A DNA stretch of 64,000 bases from Eledone cirrhosa (taxonomy: Eukaryota). This document shows positions 1 through 13,644 of this stretch, in pieces. The position numbers and the translations under genes were made by a program. The notes beneath the pieces were generated by a model. The model saw only the letters and a program-made list of their open reading frames with translations. It did no database searches and had not been told where the DNA came from. The stretch covers positions 368,590,001 to 368,654,000 of the forward strand of contig OZ024743.1 of assembly GCA_964016885.1 (NCBI GenBank). Reading direction: 5' to 3'. Position 1 is the stretch's first letter; each line of letters starts with the position of its first letter.

Positions 1-1862
1 TCCTTCATACGCATCACATGTCCATACCAGCGTAACCGCCTCTCCTGCACGCAGCATTTGATTCCTCTTATGCTCAGTCTCTCTCTCAATTCATTTATGC
101 TTTGTCGTTCACGTATATTACTGTTACACATCCATCGGAGCATGCAGGCTTCGTTTCTCTCTAATCTACGTAAGTCTTCCACCTTCAGCGCCCAGGTCTC
201 ACTACCATGCAACATCGCTGTTCGGATACACGCATCATACAGTCTGCCTTTCATTCTGAGGGAGAAGCCTTTTGCAGCTAGCAGTGGTAGTAGTTCCCTA
301 AACTTCTTCCATCCCGTTCTTACCCTAGTTATTGTACTTTCTGAGCACCCACCTCCGTTGCTAATTCGGTCACCTAGGTAGCAGAAGCTGTCTACTGTTT
401 CTACAGGGCCCTCCCAGAGATTGGTGGTACTTGTTTCCTGTGGCTGTTTGCTTGCTGTTTCAGCACAGCTGCTGCATGTGAATCCTACATTCTTAATTAA
501 GCTTCCTGAGATCCCGCTACATCTCTTGTGTACCCATTGTTTGCATTTGGGGCAAAGAATGGAGTTCCTACCTACACCTTTCCTACATACTGAGCAAGGC
601 CATTTCCCTGAGGGGATCTGGGTTCTGTTTTCTCGTCTACTTATAAGGACCTTAGTCTTTGTCATGTTGACTTTGAGGCCCTTTCTCTCTAGTCCCTGCT
701 TCCAGGTTTGGAATTTATTCTCTAGTTCTACCATAGATTCAGCTATGAGTGCGAGGTCATCAGCATACAGGAGTTCCCATGGGCATCCGGTCTTAAACTC
801 CTCCGTTATTGCCTGCAGGACTATGATGAACAGGAGAGGGCTAAGAACAGAGCCCTGGTGGACCCCAACCTGTACGCTAAATTCCTCGCTATACTCATTG
901 CCAATCCTAGCTTTGCTGACTGCTCCCCTATACATGGCTTGTACCGCTTTCACAAGCCATTCATCTACTCCTAGTTTTCTAAGAGCCCACCAGATTACTG
1001 CACGTGGAACTCTGTCAAAGGCTTTCTCAAGGTCGACAAATGCCAAGTAGAGTGGCTTACTTTTAGCTAGGTACTTTTCCTGTAATTGCCTCACAAGGAA
1101 GAGGGCATCAGTGGTGCCTTTCCCTGGTACAAACCCAAATTGCATCTCGTCTATATTCACCCGGTCCCTAATCAGCTGTGCTATAACTCTTTCTGTTACT
1201 TTCATGACCTGGTCCATCAACTTTATACCTCTATAGTTTCCTCTATCTAGTGCATCACCTTTACCTTTGTAGCAGTTGACAATGATGCTACTGCACCAAT
1301 CTTTTGGTATGGCCCCCTCTAGTATTACCTGGTTAACGAAACGTGTGGTTATAGTGTGACCTACAGACCCAGATGCCTTCAGCATCTCGGCAGCTATACC
1401 CGATGGACCGGTTGCCTTCCCTATCTTCATATCTCTGATTGCCTTACTTACTACGCTGCCACTGACTTCTACTGCTGGTCCCTCTATAGGGTCTACGTGG
1501 GGTAGGGTCTCTTCTTCCCATGCATTCTCCTCATTTAGTAATCTATCATAATGACTCTTCCATGCATCTTTCTTCTCAGCACTTGTGAGGGCAAGCTCAC
1601 CTTTATCATTCCGGATACACTTCTCTCCAATGACATCACAACTATCTCTGACACACTGCCTCGCAATCTTGAATACCTCCTGTTTCTGGTCCTCACGTTG
1701 TAAAACATGCTTGAATTTTCTATCCTCTGCTTCCCTCCTAGCTAAGTATACTTGTCGCCTAGCTTCCCTCTTGGTCTCTATGTAATGTACCCTGCTCCCC
1801 CCGTTCTTCCATTCTTTCCATGCCTGTCTCTTGGCCTTGACTGCTTCATCTACCTTATTGTT
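1..1862 (-). mobile_element. RTE-clade LINE, 5'-truncated, RT region apparently intact, running off the window start
   Basis: Minus strand reads ...KRQAWKEWKNGG...KATGPSG..., then NYRGIKL, QFGFVPG, FVDLEKAFD, GVHQGSVLSP, LLYADD, a PHD-like insert and AMLHGSETW. Very similar to the + copy at 54899-56972. Confidence 0.95.
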
Positions 1863-2000
1863 ATATAAATAAATAAAATTTTGAAATTTTATTTCTTGCC
1901 CTAACACAGCTGATACATAAATGTAAGTAAGCAAACATACATACATATATACATACACACATATATATATATATACATACACACACATATATACATATAG

Positions 2001-2267
2001 ATATGTCCGTATGGGTTATATCAAACATTAATAATAATGTTCAATTCGTTTGTAAATAAACGGCCCAATTTGAAGCTGTGTCGTGCTGTTGACCAATCAT
2101 TACCTGCTTCTTCAACACTGGCTTTGAGGAAAAATCAATATGTGTACTTGAGAAAATACTATATATTTTCAACCACTCAACAGACTGGCAGAGGTATACA
2201 GTCCTGATGAAGGGTAATGACCCAGAAACATTATTATTAATGTTAGATATAACCCATACGTACATAT
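2001..2267. mobile_element. Short Penelope-like remnant with about 41-bp inverted ends and a degenerate hammerhead motif
   Basis: 2001-2041 is the reverse complement of 2227-2267 (2 mismatches). The interior has CTGATGA-agggtaatgaccca-GAAAC at about 2204-2229. Confidence 0.55.
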
Positions 2268-2285
2268 GTATATATGTGTATGTAT

Positions 2286-3390
2286 ATCATCATCATCATC
2301 ATCATCATCATTTTACGTCTGCTCTTCCCTGCTTGTAAGGGTGGGACGGGTCTTATTCAGCACAGCATCTCTCCACTTGTCACGGTCCTTCGTCATCTCC
2401 ACCGTGAGCTTCAGCGATCTGATGTCTGTTCTCACCACCTCTGCCCATGTTTTTCGTGGTCTACCTCTACCACGTCTTCCTTCAACTGGAATTTCCTGAC
2501 ACTTCTTCACCCATATTATTCGTGGTCTTCCTCTACTGCGTTTTCCTCCATGCACATCACATGTCATCCTCCATGCGCATCACATGTCCATACCACCGCA
2601 GTCTCCTCTCTCGCACACTACATTCTATCCCTCTCAGACACAGTTTGTCTCTCAACACATTCATGCTGGGTCGTTCACGCACATTGACACTGCACATCCA
2701 ACGGAGCATGCTTGCCTCATTTCTCTCCATATCCTGTCACATATCCTCTGCAGTTGCTGCCCATGTCTCACTACCATGCAGCATCGCGCTCCTCACACAG
2801 GCATCATATAACCGGCCTTTCATACGCAAGCTTAAACCCTTCTTCATCAGCAGAGGAAGCAACTCCCTAAACTTCTTCCAACTCGTCTTTATTCTAGATA
2901 CTATGGCCTCGGAACCCCCCCACCCCCCCGCTCCCATGCTAATCTGATCTCCTAGGTACCAGAAGCTATCCACCACTTCTATAGCACCCGCCTGCATTTG
3001 AAAAATGTGTCTATCAATGCGACTTCTACTGTCTAATTTCCCTGTACATCTACTGCATACATATTTCTCCCTACCTGTTAGTTTGCTTGCTATCCCACTA
3101 CATCTCTTGTGTACCCAGGATCTGCATTGTGTGCATTTTATAGAATTTATGCCAGTTCCTTTTCTGCATATCGAACATGGCCATTTCCCTGACGGAATCT
3201 GAGTTTTGTCCTCTTTTCTACTCATCAACACTTTTGTCTTAGCTAGGTTCACTCTCAGTCCTCTTGCTTCCAACTGCTGTTTCCATAGCCAGAATTTATT
3301 CTCTCGCTCCTCTACTGATTCTGCTATAAGAACCAGATCGTCATCATAGAGAAGTTCCCATGGACAGCCAGTCTTAAACTCCTCTGTTAT
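2286..3390 (-). mobile_element. RTE LINE 3' fragment with (GAT)n tail
   Basis: ORF 2737..3534(-) has [17 protein letters not shown], a PHD-like Cys pattern and AMLHGSETW. ORF 2313..2567(-) has GRGRPRKTW. (CAT)n at 2286-2311 marks the 3' end. Confidence 0.9.
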
Positions 3391-3411
3391 ATATATATAT
3401 ATGTTTGTGTA

Positions 3412-3473
<62 letters not shown>

Positions 3474-3679
3474 TACACAAACATATATATATATATATAT
3501 ATATATACCAGCATATCATGAAAAAATTATACATTTATGTATTTTATCTGAGGAGGACATGTTTTGCTTTATGTTATACATTTTACTTCGAAAAATATAT
3601 TATGAAATAAATAGAGATGATATGAAGAATATATCTTTCGTTTATTACTATTATTATGTTTGGCAGCATAAGCATAACC

Positions 3680-3945
3680 TCGGCGGCATTCTGAGTTCAA
3701 ATCCCGCCGAGGTTAACTTTGCCTTACGGGGTCGATAAAATAAAGTACCAGTAATGTACTGGATAATTGCTGGCCTTGTGCCAAAAGTAGAAACAATTAC
3801 TATGTTTGGCCCTTTATGTTCTGAGTTCATATACGCCGAAGTTCACTTTGCCTTTCATCCTTACGGGGTCGATAAAATAAAGTAGCAGTGATGCACTGGG
3901 ATAATCCCTGGCCTTGTGCCAATAGTAGAAACACTATTATTATTA
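3680..3945 (+). mobile_element. Two tandem truncated tRNA-derived SINE copies (Nin/Deu-type central domain)
   Basis: B-box GAGTTCAAATCCC followed by GCCTT(TCATCCTT)ACGGGGTCGATAAAAT and GGCCTTGTGCC..AAGTAGAAAC, present twice. Confidence 0.8.
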
Positions 3946-4889
3946 TTATATATATATATACTCTTTTTCTGTATTACAGTGCATCTCTCAGTCCCACCCT
4001 TTGTCTCTATCATATTTATCTATCGATCGAACCTTCTCTCTATCTTACTACTTCTCTTATATCAATTTATGTGTATCTCACCTACTGGATATTGTTTGAG
4101 TTACCTCCCCTTGTGACATTTATTTTTACTTATGAGTTATTTCCCCTGGCATTTTATATACAGTATTATCTCTCGCTTACGATCTTTTGTCAATCTTTCT
4201 TTTCACTTACCCATCTACTGTCTATCTCTCAATTTATCATTGAATTTATCTAATTACCAATATATATTTATATATCCGAATTATCTCGCCTATTGGTTAT
4301 GGTTTAGAACAGTTAGAGTAATTCCTCGCTTCTGTTTACCCTCTCAATCGATCTTTCCTTCTTTCCATCTATTTACCTGTCTACTGTCTATCACTCTTCT
4401 TGTATCTTTTTCTCTTTCTCTCTGCATCTTGATACTTCTCCATATGTCTATCTATTTACGTATTTATCTGCTTATCAATCTCTTAACCCACTGGCTATTG
4501 TTTGGAATATATAAAGCGGAGAGTTCTCTTGTAGTGAGCGTAGCAGTGCACCAACAACTGCGTCCCAGGTTGCAGATGAGAGCAATCCATCAGTATGATG
4601 ATAAACTGCGAAATAAGGTATCATCGGATGTAGGAATAAACAGTCATGGACAGCACAGTCATGGTCACTTGGATGCACTGACCTGAAGTCTGGCAGCTTC
4701 TTGTCTATAAAATGGTACAAATATCCTACGAGGGACTTGTGTCAGAGCAAGTCAAAGCCTCCCTAAACATTCTTGTCCCTCCCTAGTCCATACGTTAAAT
4801 TATAACCCTCCAGTCTCTACAATAATTGCCTCTCTGTCAGTGTGTCTGTCTAGCTAACTATCTATCCCCCCCATGGAAATCGTGCAGCC

Positions 4890-7800
4890 TGGTCCACAGG
4901 AGACGAAGGGTGAGTGATCCCTTTTCCTCTTTTAACTTTTCAGCACCAAAATGGCCAATATAAGAGTTGGATGTGTGAACATACGCGGCCTTGGGATGCC
5001 CTGGAAACAGGGCAAACTCTTAAACGACCTCAGGTCGCACAGTATAGAGTCCAGGATCCACAGCGAGCGACAGCTGGCCCCCATCTTCGATGACTTTGAG
5101 ATCTACGCATCTCTCTGTCAACCGGGGGGTGGGGGCGGAGTTGCCGTTTTGCTGCGGAAACACCTGGGCTTCGTAACACAGACGGTACATCTGGACCCGG
5201 AGGGTCGACTGGTGGTCCTAGACGTTGACGGTAGTGAAGGTGGAGCCTTCAGGCTGATGGCCGCATATGCCCCATCCGGGACACCGCGGCCAGACTTCTT
5301 CAAACGTCTAGAGACTTTTCTGGGAACGTCCCGCTCCTTGCTTTTAGTGGGGGACTGGAATGGAATCCTAGATGCACGTTGGAACTATGTGGGAGCATGT
5401 CCCGATAAAGGGGGTTGTAACAGCCTCAAACAGTTAATCGACTGATTTGACCTGGCCGATATATATCGACTAGATTCTCCGATTGTGCCACTGTGGACGT
5501 GGACTAATCTTAGCGGAACATCTAGATCGTACCTAGATAGGGTTCTAGTTAGAAATAAGGATAGGAACATGTTAAGCTGTCCACAAATGTTCATGGTTGC
5601 CTATTCAGATCACAAACTAGTGACCTGCATGGCCAACCTTGATAGAACCCATAGACAAGGACCCGGCTACTGGAAGCTGAACTTGTCGTTACCGACAAGC
5701 AAAGCCTACAGTAGACGGATTAGCACTTTAGTTAAACAGCACTTGACAGGGGCCATTGTCAACAACAGATGGTGGTAATCTCTCAAGAGGGCAGTTATAT
5801 TAGACTCGTTAGTTTTTAGTAAAGAATTAGTGTTAGATAGAAATAGAACCGAGAAGGAACTGGTAGATAAAGTAGAAGAGGCAATTAGAAGTGGCAACGT
5901 AGCCAGCGTGCTAGCAACGAGAACGGCCTTGGACCAGTTCTTCGACGCAAAGAACGAGGGCTGCGTTGTCAGAAGCAAAATACGTGCTCTGGGAAACGAG
6001 AGAGCCAAAGCTGGGCCCGAGTGACGGAGGCGAAAAGTGGCAACAAGTCCACGATTCGGTCTTTGAAGGACCAAAACGGACGCGTGATACGTGAGCCGAA
6101 GCAGATGTGTGCGGCCTTTCAGCGGCACTTTGCTCAACTGTTCGGGCGGGGCGGCACGCCGGTAGGGGCTATGGATTTCGGTCCATACCTCGACGACCTA
6201 CCGCGACTCTCGGACAGCGAGGCAAAGTTCTGCGAAAAGCCGATTTCAGCCGCTGAGATAGGTCTCGACGGTCTACCCTACGAATTTTACGAAGCAATGC
6301 CGAACTTATTCTCCGGTCTCCTGGATGCGGTCTACTGCAACTGGCAACAGAACGGGAGAATTCCCAGTTCTGTAACCGGGGGCGTAGTCACACTAGTCAG
6401 GAAGGACGAGAATAAGGGGGATGACATAGGCAACTTCCGGCCCATAACTCTGCTAAACACAAAGTTACAGATTTTGGCCAAGGTGTTGGCAAAGAGGCTG
6501 GCGCTTGTCGTCGGGAACCTGGTGGGAGAAGCGCAGACATGCGCAATCCCGACCAGGTCCATACACGACAACCTCCACCTCATGCGATACATCATAGAGA
6601 GGGTAGGGTGTAAACCCGGCTTCGGTGGGGCCCTGATCAACTTGGATCAGTCTTAGGCTTTCGATAGAGTTGACCATCGTTACCTGGATGCGGTGCTCGA
6701 GGCGGCAGGCTTCGGACCCGTGTTCAGGGGCTGGATTGCTGCAATGCACAACAGCAACATCTGCTCAAGGGTCAAGGTGAACGGCTACCTCTCGGAGCTG
6801 TTCCATATTACGCAATCCATTCGACAGGGATGCCCTCTCTCCTCCCTTCTGTACGTACTGACTCTCGAGCCACTACTGCGGAAGTTGGAGCTATTGCAGG
6901 GCATCCCTCTGGAACCGGGACTGCGGAAAGCGGCGTCGGCCTACGCCGCCGACGACGTGACAGTAATGGTGTCGAGCGCCTCGCAAATCGAGGAAGTCGA
7001 CACTTTACTGAAGGAATACGAAAGTTTCACAGGAGCGAAGCTGAACCGGGACAAGTCTATCGGTTTGCAACTCGGATCGTGGAGAGGCAGATCGATGCCT
7101 TCCGATGGCGTCGTCGGCCGCTGGACGGAAGGACCGGTAAAGCTGCTCGGGGTCTGGTTTGGTCCGGACCTCCAGGTGGAGAAGAACTGGAACGAAGTGA
7201 CGGCCAAGGTGTTTGCACTCACCCAGAAGTGGGCCGAGTGCAAACTATCCTTGAAAGGTCGAGCGGAGGTGGCGAATACTTTTATAGCGTCCGCCATCTA
7301 CTACCGCTTGACCGTCGTGCCTTGTCCAGCCAAAACGCTCGCCAAAATGGAGCGCGCGCTCTTCCAATTCCTTTGGAAGAGGCGGGCTCCTTTGGTGAGA
7401 AGATCCATCTGCTGCCAACACCCTTCTAACGGAGGGCTGGGGATGCCGTGGTTGACGATGCGCAAACACGCGCTCAGGCTGCGGCATCTCTACGTATTCC
7501 TCACCGGACAACCGGTGTGGTTCCCGTTCGTGAGGCGAGCCTTCCCACGACTCGTCTCGCTGACCGATCTGCAGTCCTGGGTCAAGCAAAGACCGAGGAA
7601 AATGGGCGACTGGCACATCGAATGTGCTCAGGCGCTCACAGCCCTCTGGCAGGCGGACCCGGCGATCAGTGGAGACTCCACTTCGTCATTCTATAGAGGG
7701 TTGATCCACAGCAAGTGCGACGACGCGCTCGGTGAAACTTTATGCGTAGAGGAAGATGAACTGGCCCATCTGTTCGGTTGGACCTTCCGCCCGGGACCGA

Positions 7801-8570
7801 TGGACAACTTCAAAAGTCCCTGGCCTGGCAGTGCTACCGAGGAGCTCTACCAGTTCGAGACAAGCTCTACAGACACGGCCGCCCGGGCAGGGACCCTTCG
7901 AAAAAGATCTGTCCGAGATGCGTGCGCGACGAGGAAACCGCGCACGCATTTGTACACTGCCCGGGCGTTACCGACCTGTGGGGCTATGTAGAACGACTAT
8001 TGTCGCGGGTGGGACCAATCCAGTTGACCCCCGAGTCCATTGTCATGATCAAACCGCCACCCTCCTTCAAAAACGAGGGAGAGGCGGTTTTCCTATGTGT
8101 TATGGCTATGGTGAAAGAGGTTATATGGTGGACGAGGTTAAAAGGGCTGAGGTCAGACATCTTTCTCTCCGGCGAACAACTGATTCGTTTTTTCAAATAT
8201 CATTTTGGAAGAAGAATCAGGATGGAGAGAGAGGTGCTGTACCCCAGCAAATTTTATAAAAGGTGGGTGAAAGTGGCAAAGATGGCCCGAGTGGTTGGGC
8301 CTTCTCTCTATATAAGCCTGTATGTTGAGGAAAAAGAGGAAGAAAGGAAGGGAGTACTCCCTCTTGGTGCTCATGGAGATGAGGGTTGTACATTTTTTCG
8401 GGGTGTGTACAACCCCTGTGTAACGCCTCCCCCCTATTGGGGATTTCAATTGTTATTTGTTATTTTATTAATAGTTTTATTTTCATATACCTGTATGTAA
8501 ACTCCCCATTTGTATTTGTCCCCTTCTTTTGTGCCCTTGTGGCTAATATAGAAATTTATCTATTAATCTA
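4890..8570 (+). mobile_element. L1/Tx1-clade LINE ORF2 (AP endonuclease + RT + C-terminal Zn knuckle), degenerate
   Basis: Consecutive ORF pieces give NIRGL, VGDWN, SYLDR, SDH, GLDGLPYEFY, NFRPITLLN, LDQS*AFDRVDH, IRQGCPLS, AYAADD and CPRC..EETAHAFVHC. Broken by stops and frameshifts; the 3' end runs into TATC/TC repeats. Confidence 0.92.
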
Positions 8571-8634
8571 TCATCAGTATATATATATATGTATCTATCT
8601 ATCATCGCTTTATCTCTCTCTCTCTCTCTATATC

Positions 8635-8688
8635 TGTTAGAACACGAAAAGTGTGAAACACAGAATGTTCACTTTTCGTGTTCTAACA
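8635..8688. repeat. 54-bp hairpin with 19-bp perfect arms (possible collapsed MITE)
   Basis: TGTTAGAACACGAAAAGTG ... CACTTTTCGTGTTCTAACA, followed by TATA. Confidence 0.7.
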
Positions 8689-9818
8689 TATATGCCTAGC
8701 TTCTTTAAAAATTTTTCGGGGATAGCCGTGGTGGTGATCGTATGTGATTGGCTAATTTTCAACCAATCAGAGTACCTCTCTCTATATCTCTTCCACTGTT
8801 ACTTACGCCTGTTTCTCTCTATCTGTTCCGTCTCTATTTATATCTCTTACTCTTTCGCTTTGCACTCCTCCCCTTCAATACCATCTCTCCCCCTCTCTAT
8901 ATATTTGTTACTCTATCGCTGCACGCTCCTCTCCTTCAATATATCAATTACACACGCTTTACACTCCTTTATCCCCAGCGCCCCTATATATACACCCCCT
9001 CTCCCGCATCTATATTTTAATGTACCGTTGCACCGTGAATACATGTGTCTATATATATATACATATATATTGTATATACACATTCATGTATGTGTATACA
9101 CACTCATGTATGTATATACACTGGTTTTATGTGTGTATTGTAAATTTGTACTGTTAAAACACGAAACTAACATTCGATTGACACTTTGATTACCTGTACA
9201 GGCAATAGTTATTAGAATGCTGTTGAAGTGTGTATATATTTTTGGGGGACATCCTGTATATACACACATTATATATAATACAATAAACAGATAAATACAC
9301 ACATATATATATGAGCTTATTTAATTATAAATATTGTGAATTTTTAACTCAGTTCAATTATATATATAAATGGCTTCTACAGGACTAGAACTGTTTCATT
9401 CGAAAGAAATCATCATAATATTGAGAGGGGGGACTAGATAAAATATTTCAAATCAAATGTGTATAAGTTATAAGTTAAAATGTATAAATAGAGACGATAG
9501 TGGAGGTATATCTGTTTAGTGGAACAGTAGACGATAGAATTAAATACAGACGATAATCTCCCTTTAATGAAACAGCAGACGATAGAATTAAGGCAATTTA
9601 AATTTTAAGCATTTGCATTTTTGCCTTTCATCGTTACGGGGTCGATAAAATAAAGTACCAGTAATACACTGTCACTAGACGACTTTCAAATTGAATTGTT
9701 GGTTCCATTTCTTTAGTATTTTCAATTGTAGTTATCTACTTAAAAAGCGTTACACGGTTAGAGACATAATTCGTAAGTTATATCTTCCCTATTAAACCAT
9801 TGCATTATTTCGCCTACA

Positions 9819-10004
9819 GGGCGGTGAATTGGCAGTATCGGTAGAGGGTTGGACGCCATGCTTTCTAGCATAGTTACGTCCCTTTACAGTCTGAGTTCAA
9901 ATCCCGCCGAGGTTAACTTTGCCTTTCATCCTTACGGGGTCGATAAAATAAAGTACCAGTAATGTACTGGGTAATTTGCTGGCCTTGTGCCTAAAGTAGA
10001 AACA
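9819..10004 (+). mobile_element. Full-length tRNA-derived SINE (Nin-type domain) with 15-bp TSD
   Basis: A-box TGGCAGTATCGG, B-box GAGTTCAAATCCC and GCCTTTCATCCTTACGGGGTCGATAAAA. ATTATTTCGCCTACA is repeated at 9804-9818 and 10005-10019. Confidence 0.92.
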
Positions 10005-10228
10005 ATTATTTCGCCTACAATAGAACAAAAATGAAATGTTCTTTAAAGAAACAGGAATATAACTTTATAAAAAAAAAAGTTGCATCCGCTTCTTTTATCA
10101 TTGATAATTTTTTCGTTTTAATATTAATTGTTTTTTGCAGTTGTTTATATTAAAAATCTTACTGTAATATTTACTTAAACGAAGGCAAACATCTAAACTT
10201 ATAGATTAATCTTGAGCGAAGGACTAGA

Positions 10229-10339
<111 letters not shown>

Positions 10340-10732
10340 GAAGAATGATAAAATTTCAAGCAAAGAGTTTAATTAGGTATATTTTGTAATATTATTAACT
10401 AATTATTATAATTAACGCGCATATTTTGCTATCCTCAAACACGTTTACACATGGCATGAAATATAACTAATCCGAGATGGCTAGGTTTCATCTTCTAACT
10501 GGATAAACGAAATCCATTATGTCTTGACAACAACATGAGGTAACATTATGTTATTCACAGACACACTTTGTACACTGTTCCATATCAGAATGTATTTCCT
10601 TCGTCACATTCACAAACAGTATTGAAAATATGTTCTTCGGCAAATAAAAATGTTTTGTTCATAATATTTCAACTAGCGATTGCTCTACTTCACGCACGAC
10701 CACCATAAATTAATGACCAGCTCAACACAAGT

Positions 10733-10900
10733 ATTGGTAGAGCGTCAGACACCATGCTTTGCAGTATTGTTATGGTCCTTTGCATTCTAAGTTCAAATCC
10801 TGCCGAGGTTAACTTCGACTTTCATACTTACTAATTCGATAAAATAAAGTACCAGTAATGGACTGCCGTAATGGATTTGTGCCGAAAAATAGAAACACTA
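10733..10900 (+). mobile_element. Diverged copy of the same SINE family
   Basis: Degenerate B-box AAGTTCAAATCC, GAGGTTAAC and CGATAAAATAAAGTACCAG. Confidence 0.75.
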
Positions 10901-11453
10901 TTAATGTGCAATAAGAGCAAAATATAACGACATTGCTCAATTATTTTATCTAATGTTGTAATAACACAAGGAAATGTTGTTTGTGTATTTTTTTTTATAT
11001 TTGCTCATAGGCTTTTACAATTTCGCTCAGCCAACAACTATTAAAAAGTGAGTTGCTTAAGATAACAATTTAATCACAAATTGTTGCTATCTTTTAATAC
11101 ACTCCAACAAGTCATCAAATTATGTACAATAAAAACAAATCTTATTAATTTGCTCAGGGAATATAAAGAAAATGTATATACACTGATAATTGCAATTGTA
11201 TGTAAATATTTTGTTTTTGTATTGTATATTTTATGTTTTCTATTATGTATAATATATTGATTTAATATTGATTGTTTTTTGTAGTTGTTTATATTAAAAG
11301 TCTGAAAATATTTTTATACATCTTACACTAATATTTATAAGATAATTTATAATAACAATTACATAATCTAATTACATTACAACGATAATTTATTATTAAT
11401 ATATATCCTGTTTAACTAGAGTTATTACAAGCGTTGCCTTAAAAAAATATTAA

Positions 11454-12408
11454 ACTAGACATGAAAAATGCGCAAGCTCAAAAGTGCCACAGAATGTTAT
11501 AATAAACCTTCAAAAGTGTGGGACTAGAGTTGTTGCTAAAAAATATTGTAATCATTATATATCGTACATTCTGTGGCATCCTTTATAAAAATAGCTTAAA
11601 CCAACGAAGCCTTTATTTTTACGCTATTTCACTTAGTTAATTCTTAGAGTGTAACATATAAAAATAAATACATCTATGTTTAATGTAATAACAGCTATAA
11701 ATAATTACGTAATATTATTATCATATACTCATAGTAACAAAATAATTGTGTTGAAACTTAATATGATGCTTATATGAACGATCAAATCTATAATGATAAT
11801 TTCTTAAATATACTAATAGTAAAATAATTTAGTTATCTATTGTTACATTTTCATAGAACTATAATATTAACAATCGTATTGCATTATCAAATTTTTATCA
11901 CTACAAACTTTCATATTGGAATTACCTTAAGCCACTTATTATTACTTCGCTTTCGTACTTTTACAGCTGTAGATATTGCGCTGTATCTTATATCTAATAT
12001 CAATATCTCGTGGTAATTTGCATGAAGTGTAAAATAGGTTTATTAATAACTTTAATATGAAATGTATTATACAGGGCTGCGGAGTCGGTCAAAAATTGAC
12101 TGGCTCCAACTCAGGATCCGATACTCCATTATTTCCTAAATTTCAGCTCCGCAGCTCTGTTATTATATTAATTAATTTATTTTATAGTTGTAAATCATAT
12201 TTTTATATGTTACACTCTAAGAATTAACTAAGTGAAATAGCGTAAAAATAAAGGCTTCGTTGGTTTAAGCTATTTTTATAAAGGATGCCACAGAATGTAC
12301 GATATATAATGATTACAATATTTTTTAGCAACAACTCTAGTCCCACACTTTTGAAGGTTTATTATAACATTCTGTGGCACTTTTGAGCTTGCGCATTTTT
12401 CATGTCTA

Positions 12409-12410
<2 letters not shown>
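11454..12410. mobile_element. Foldback/TIR element with about 213-bp near-perfect inverted arms (ACTAG...CTAGT ends), superfamily unresolved
   Basis: 11454-11666 is the reverse complement of about 12198-12410. The interior is AT-rich and non-coding. Confidence 0.85.
12072..12159. mobile_element. 88-bp hAT-like MITE nested in the foldback element
   Basis: TIRs CAGGGCTGCGGAG / CTCCGCAGCTCTG; flanking 8-mers GTATTATA and TTATTATA match at 7/8, as for an hAT TSD. Confidence 0.7.
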
Positions 12411-12429
<19 letters not shown>

Positions 12430-12476
<47 letters not shown>

Positions 12477-12590
12477 AGCGATGATAGATAGATACATATA
12501 TATACTGATGATAGATTAATAGATAAATTTCTTTATTAGCCACAAGGGCACAAAAGAAGGGGACAAATACAAATGGGGAGTTTACATACA
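12430..12590 (-). repeat. Inverted copy of the Tx1 3' end plus its downstream microsatellite flank
   Basis: Reverse complement of about 8492-8630, including TATCTATCTATCATCGCTTTATCTCTC. Confidence 0.85.
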
Positions 12591-12935
12591 TACACGTGCA
12601 TACGTGAAAACACATACCATGCATGCATATACATGCACGTACACATAAACACGCGCACACGTGAGTAAACCGCACACATACGAACGTATACACCAAATAC
12701 ACATATACAAATATGTGTGTGTGTGTGTGTGTATAAATATAATTATATAAACGTATATAAATATACACACATAAATACATATATAACGCACACACACACA
12801 TACCTTCAGGTAAATACACATATGTTCACCAAACGTACATATACCAAAACTCAATGTACACATATACACACCTTACATACGTGCAAACACGCATACACAC
12901 ATACACACACACAAACACGGAATACACATATACAC

Positions 12936-13120
12936 ATAATTGTTTCTACTTTAGGCACAAGGCCAGCAATTATCCAGTACATTACTGGTACTTTATTTTA
13001 TCGACCCCGTAAGGATGAAAGGCAAAGTTAACCTCGGCGGGATTTGAACTCAGACTGCAAAGGGACGTAACTATGCTAGAAAGCATGGCGTCCAACCCTC
13101 TACCGATACTGCCAATTCAC
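12936..13120 (-). mobile_element. tRNA-derived SINE, near-identical to 9819-10004
   Basis: The reverse complement has the same A-box, B-box and Nin-type core. Confidence 0.9.
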
Positions 13121-13204
13121 ATATACATATAACCATATACAAACATACCAGTAAAAATAATATATACACCTATAACAAATACAAGCATATATACATACGA
13201 TAGT

Positions 13205-13337
13205 TAGATAACATCCATGAGCTCGGCTAGTGTTGCTTGGGGATCCAGCCGGATCAGTTGGAGATGGTTGCTTAGGACCCCCTGGAAGAAATGTTTGGCG
13301 ACTCTGCTCCCACGACCCTCTCAAGAAGAAGAAGAAA
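13205..13337 (+). mobile_element. Short LINE/SINE 3' end with (GAA)n tail
   Basis: GC-richer island ending CGACCCTCTCAAGAAGAAGAAGAA. Confidence 0.45.
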
Positions 13338-13513
13338 TCTGAATTATCTTTCCTATTTGGTATTGTTTAGAATATTTAGAATTATTTCCCCTGGTGTTAT
13401 ATTTATTTCTCTGTCGCTCTCCTTCATTCTCGCAAATAATCTCATTTTTCCATCGTTATAATTATTTTTGCCTATCTACTATCTATCACTGTTTTTTCTC
13501 TTGTCGCCCCTCT

Positions 13514-13595
<82 letters not shown>

Positions 13596-13644
13596 CTCTA
13601 TCTATCTGTACACACACACTGGTTACTGGTACAAGAGTAGCCCA

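Noticed and set aside
58-1785. Plus-strand ORFs 58..381, 421..1050 and 1585..1785 (and minus ORFs 55416..56534)
   Set aside because: These are antisense shadows of the RTE RT frame.
3401-4720. ORFs rich in YI/CV/SL (also 8386-9302, 12276-13740, 23027-23365, 26946-27377)
   Set aside because: These are translations of TA/CA/TC microsatellites and low-complexity DNA with no recognisable domain.
9370-9425. Hammerhead-like motif on the minus strand (ATGATGA..GAAAC..GTC)
   Set aside because: The first core base is mutated and stem I does not pair; at most a dead relic.
9819-9910. tRNA genes
   Set aside because: The A/B boxes belong to SINE heads fused to non-tRNA bodies; there is no proper cloverleaf.
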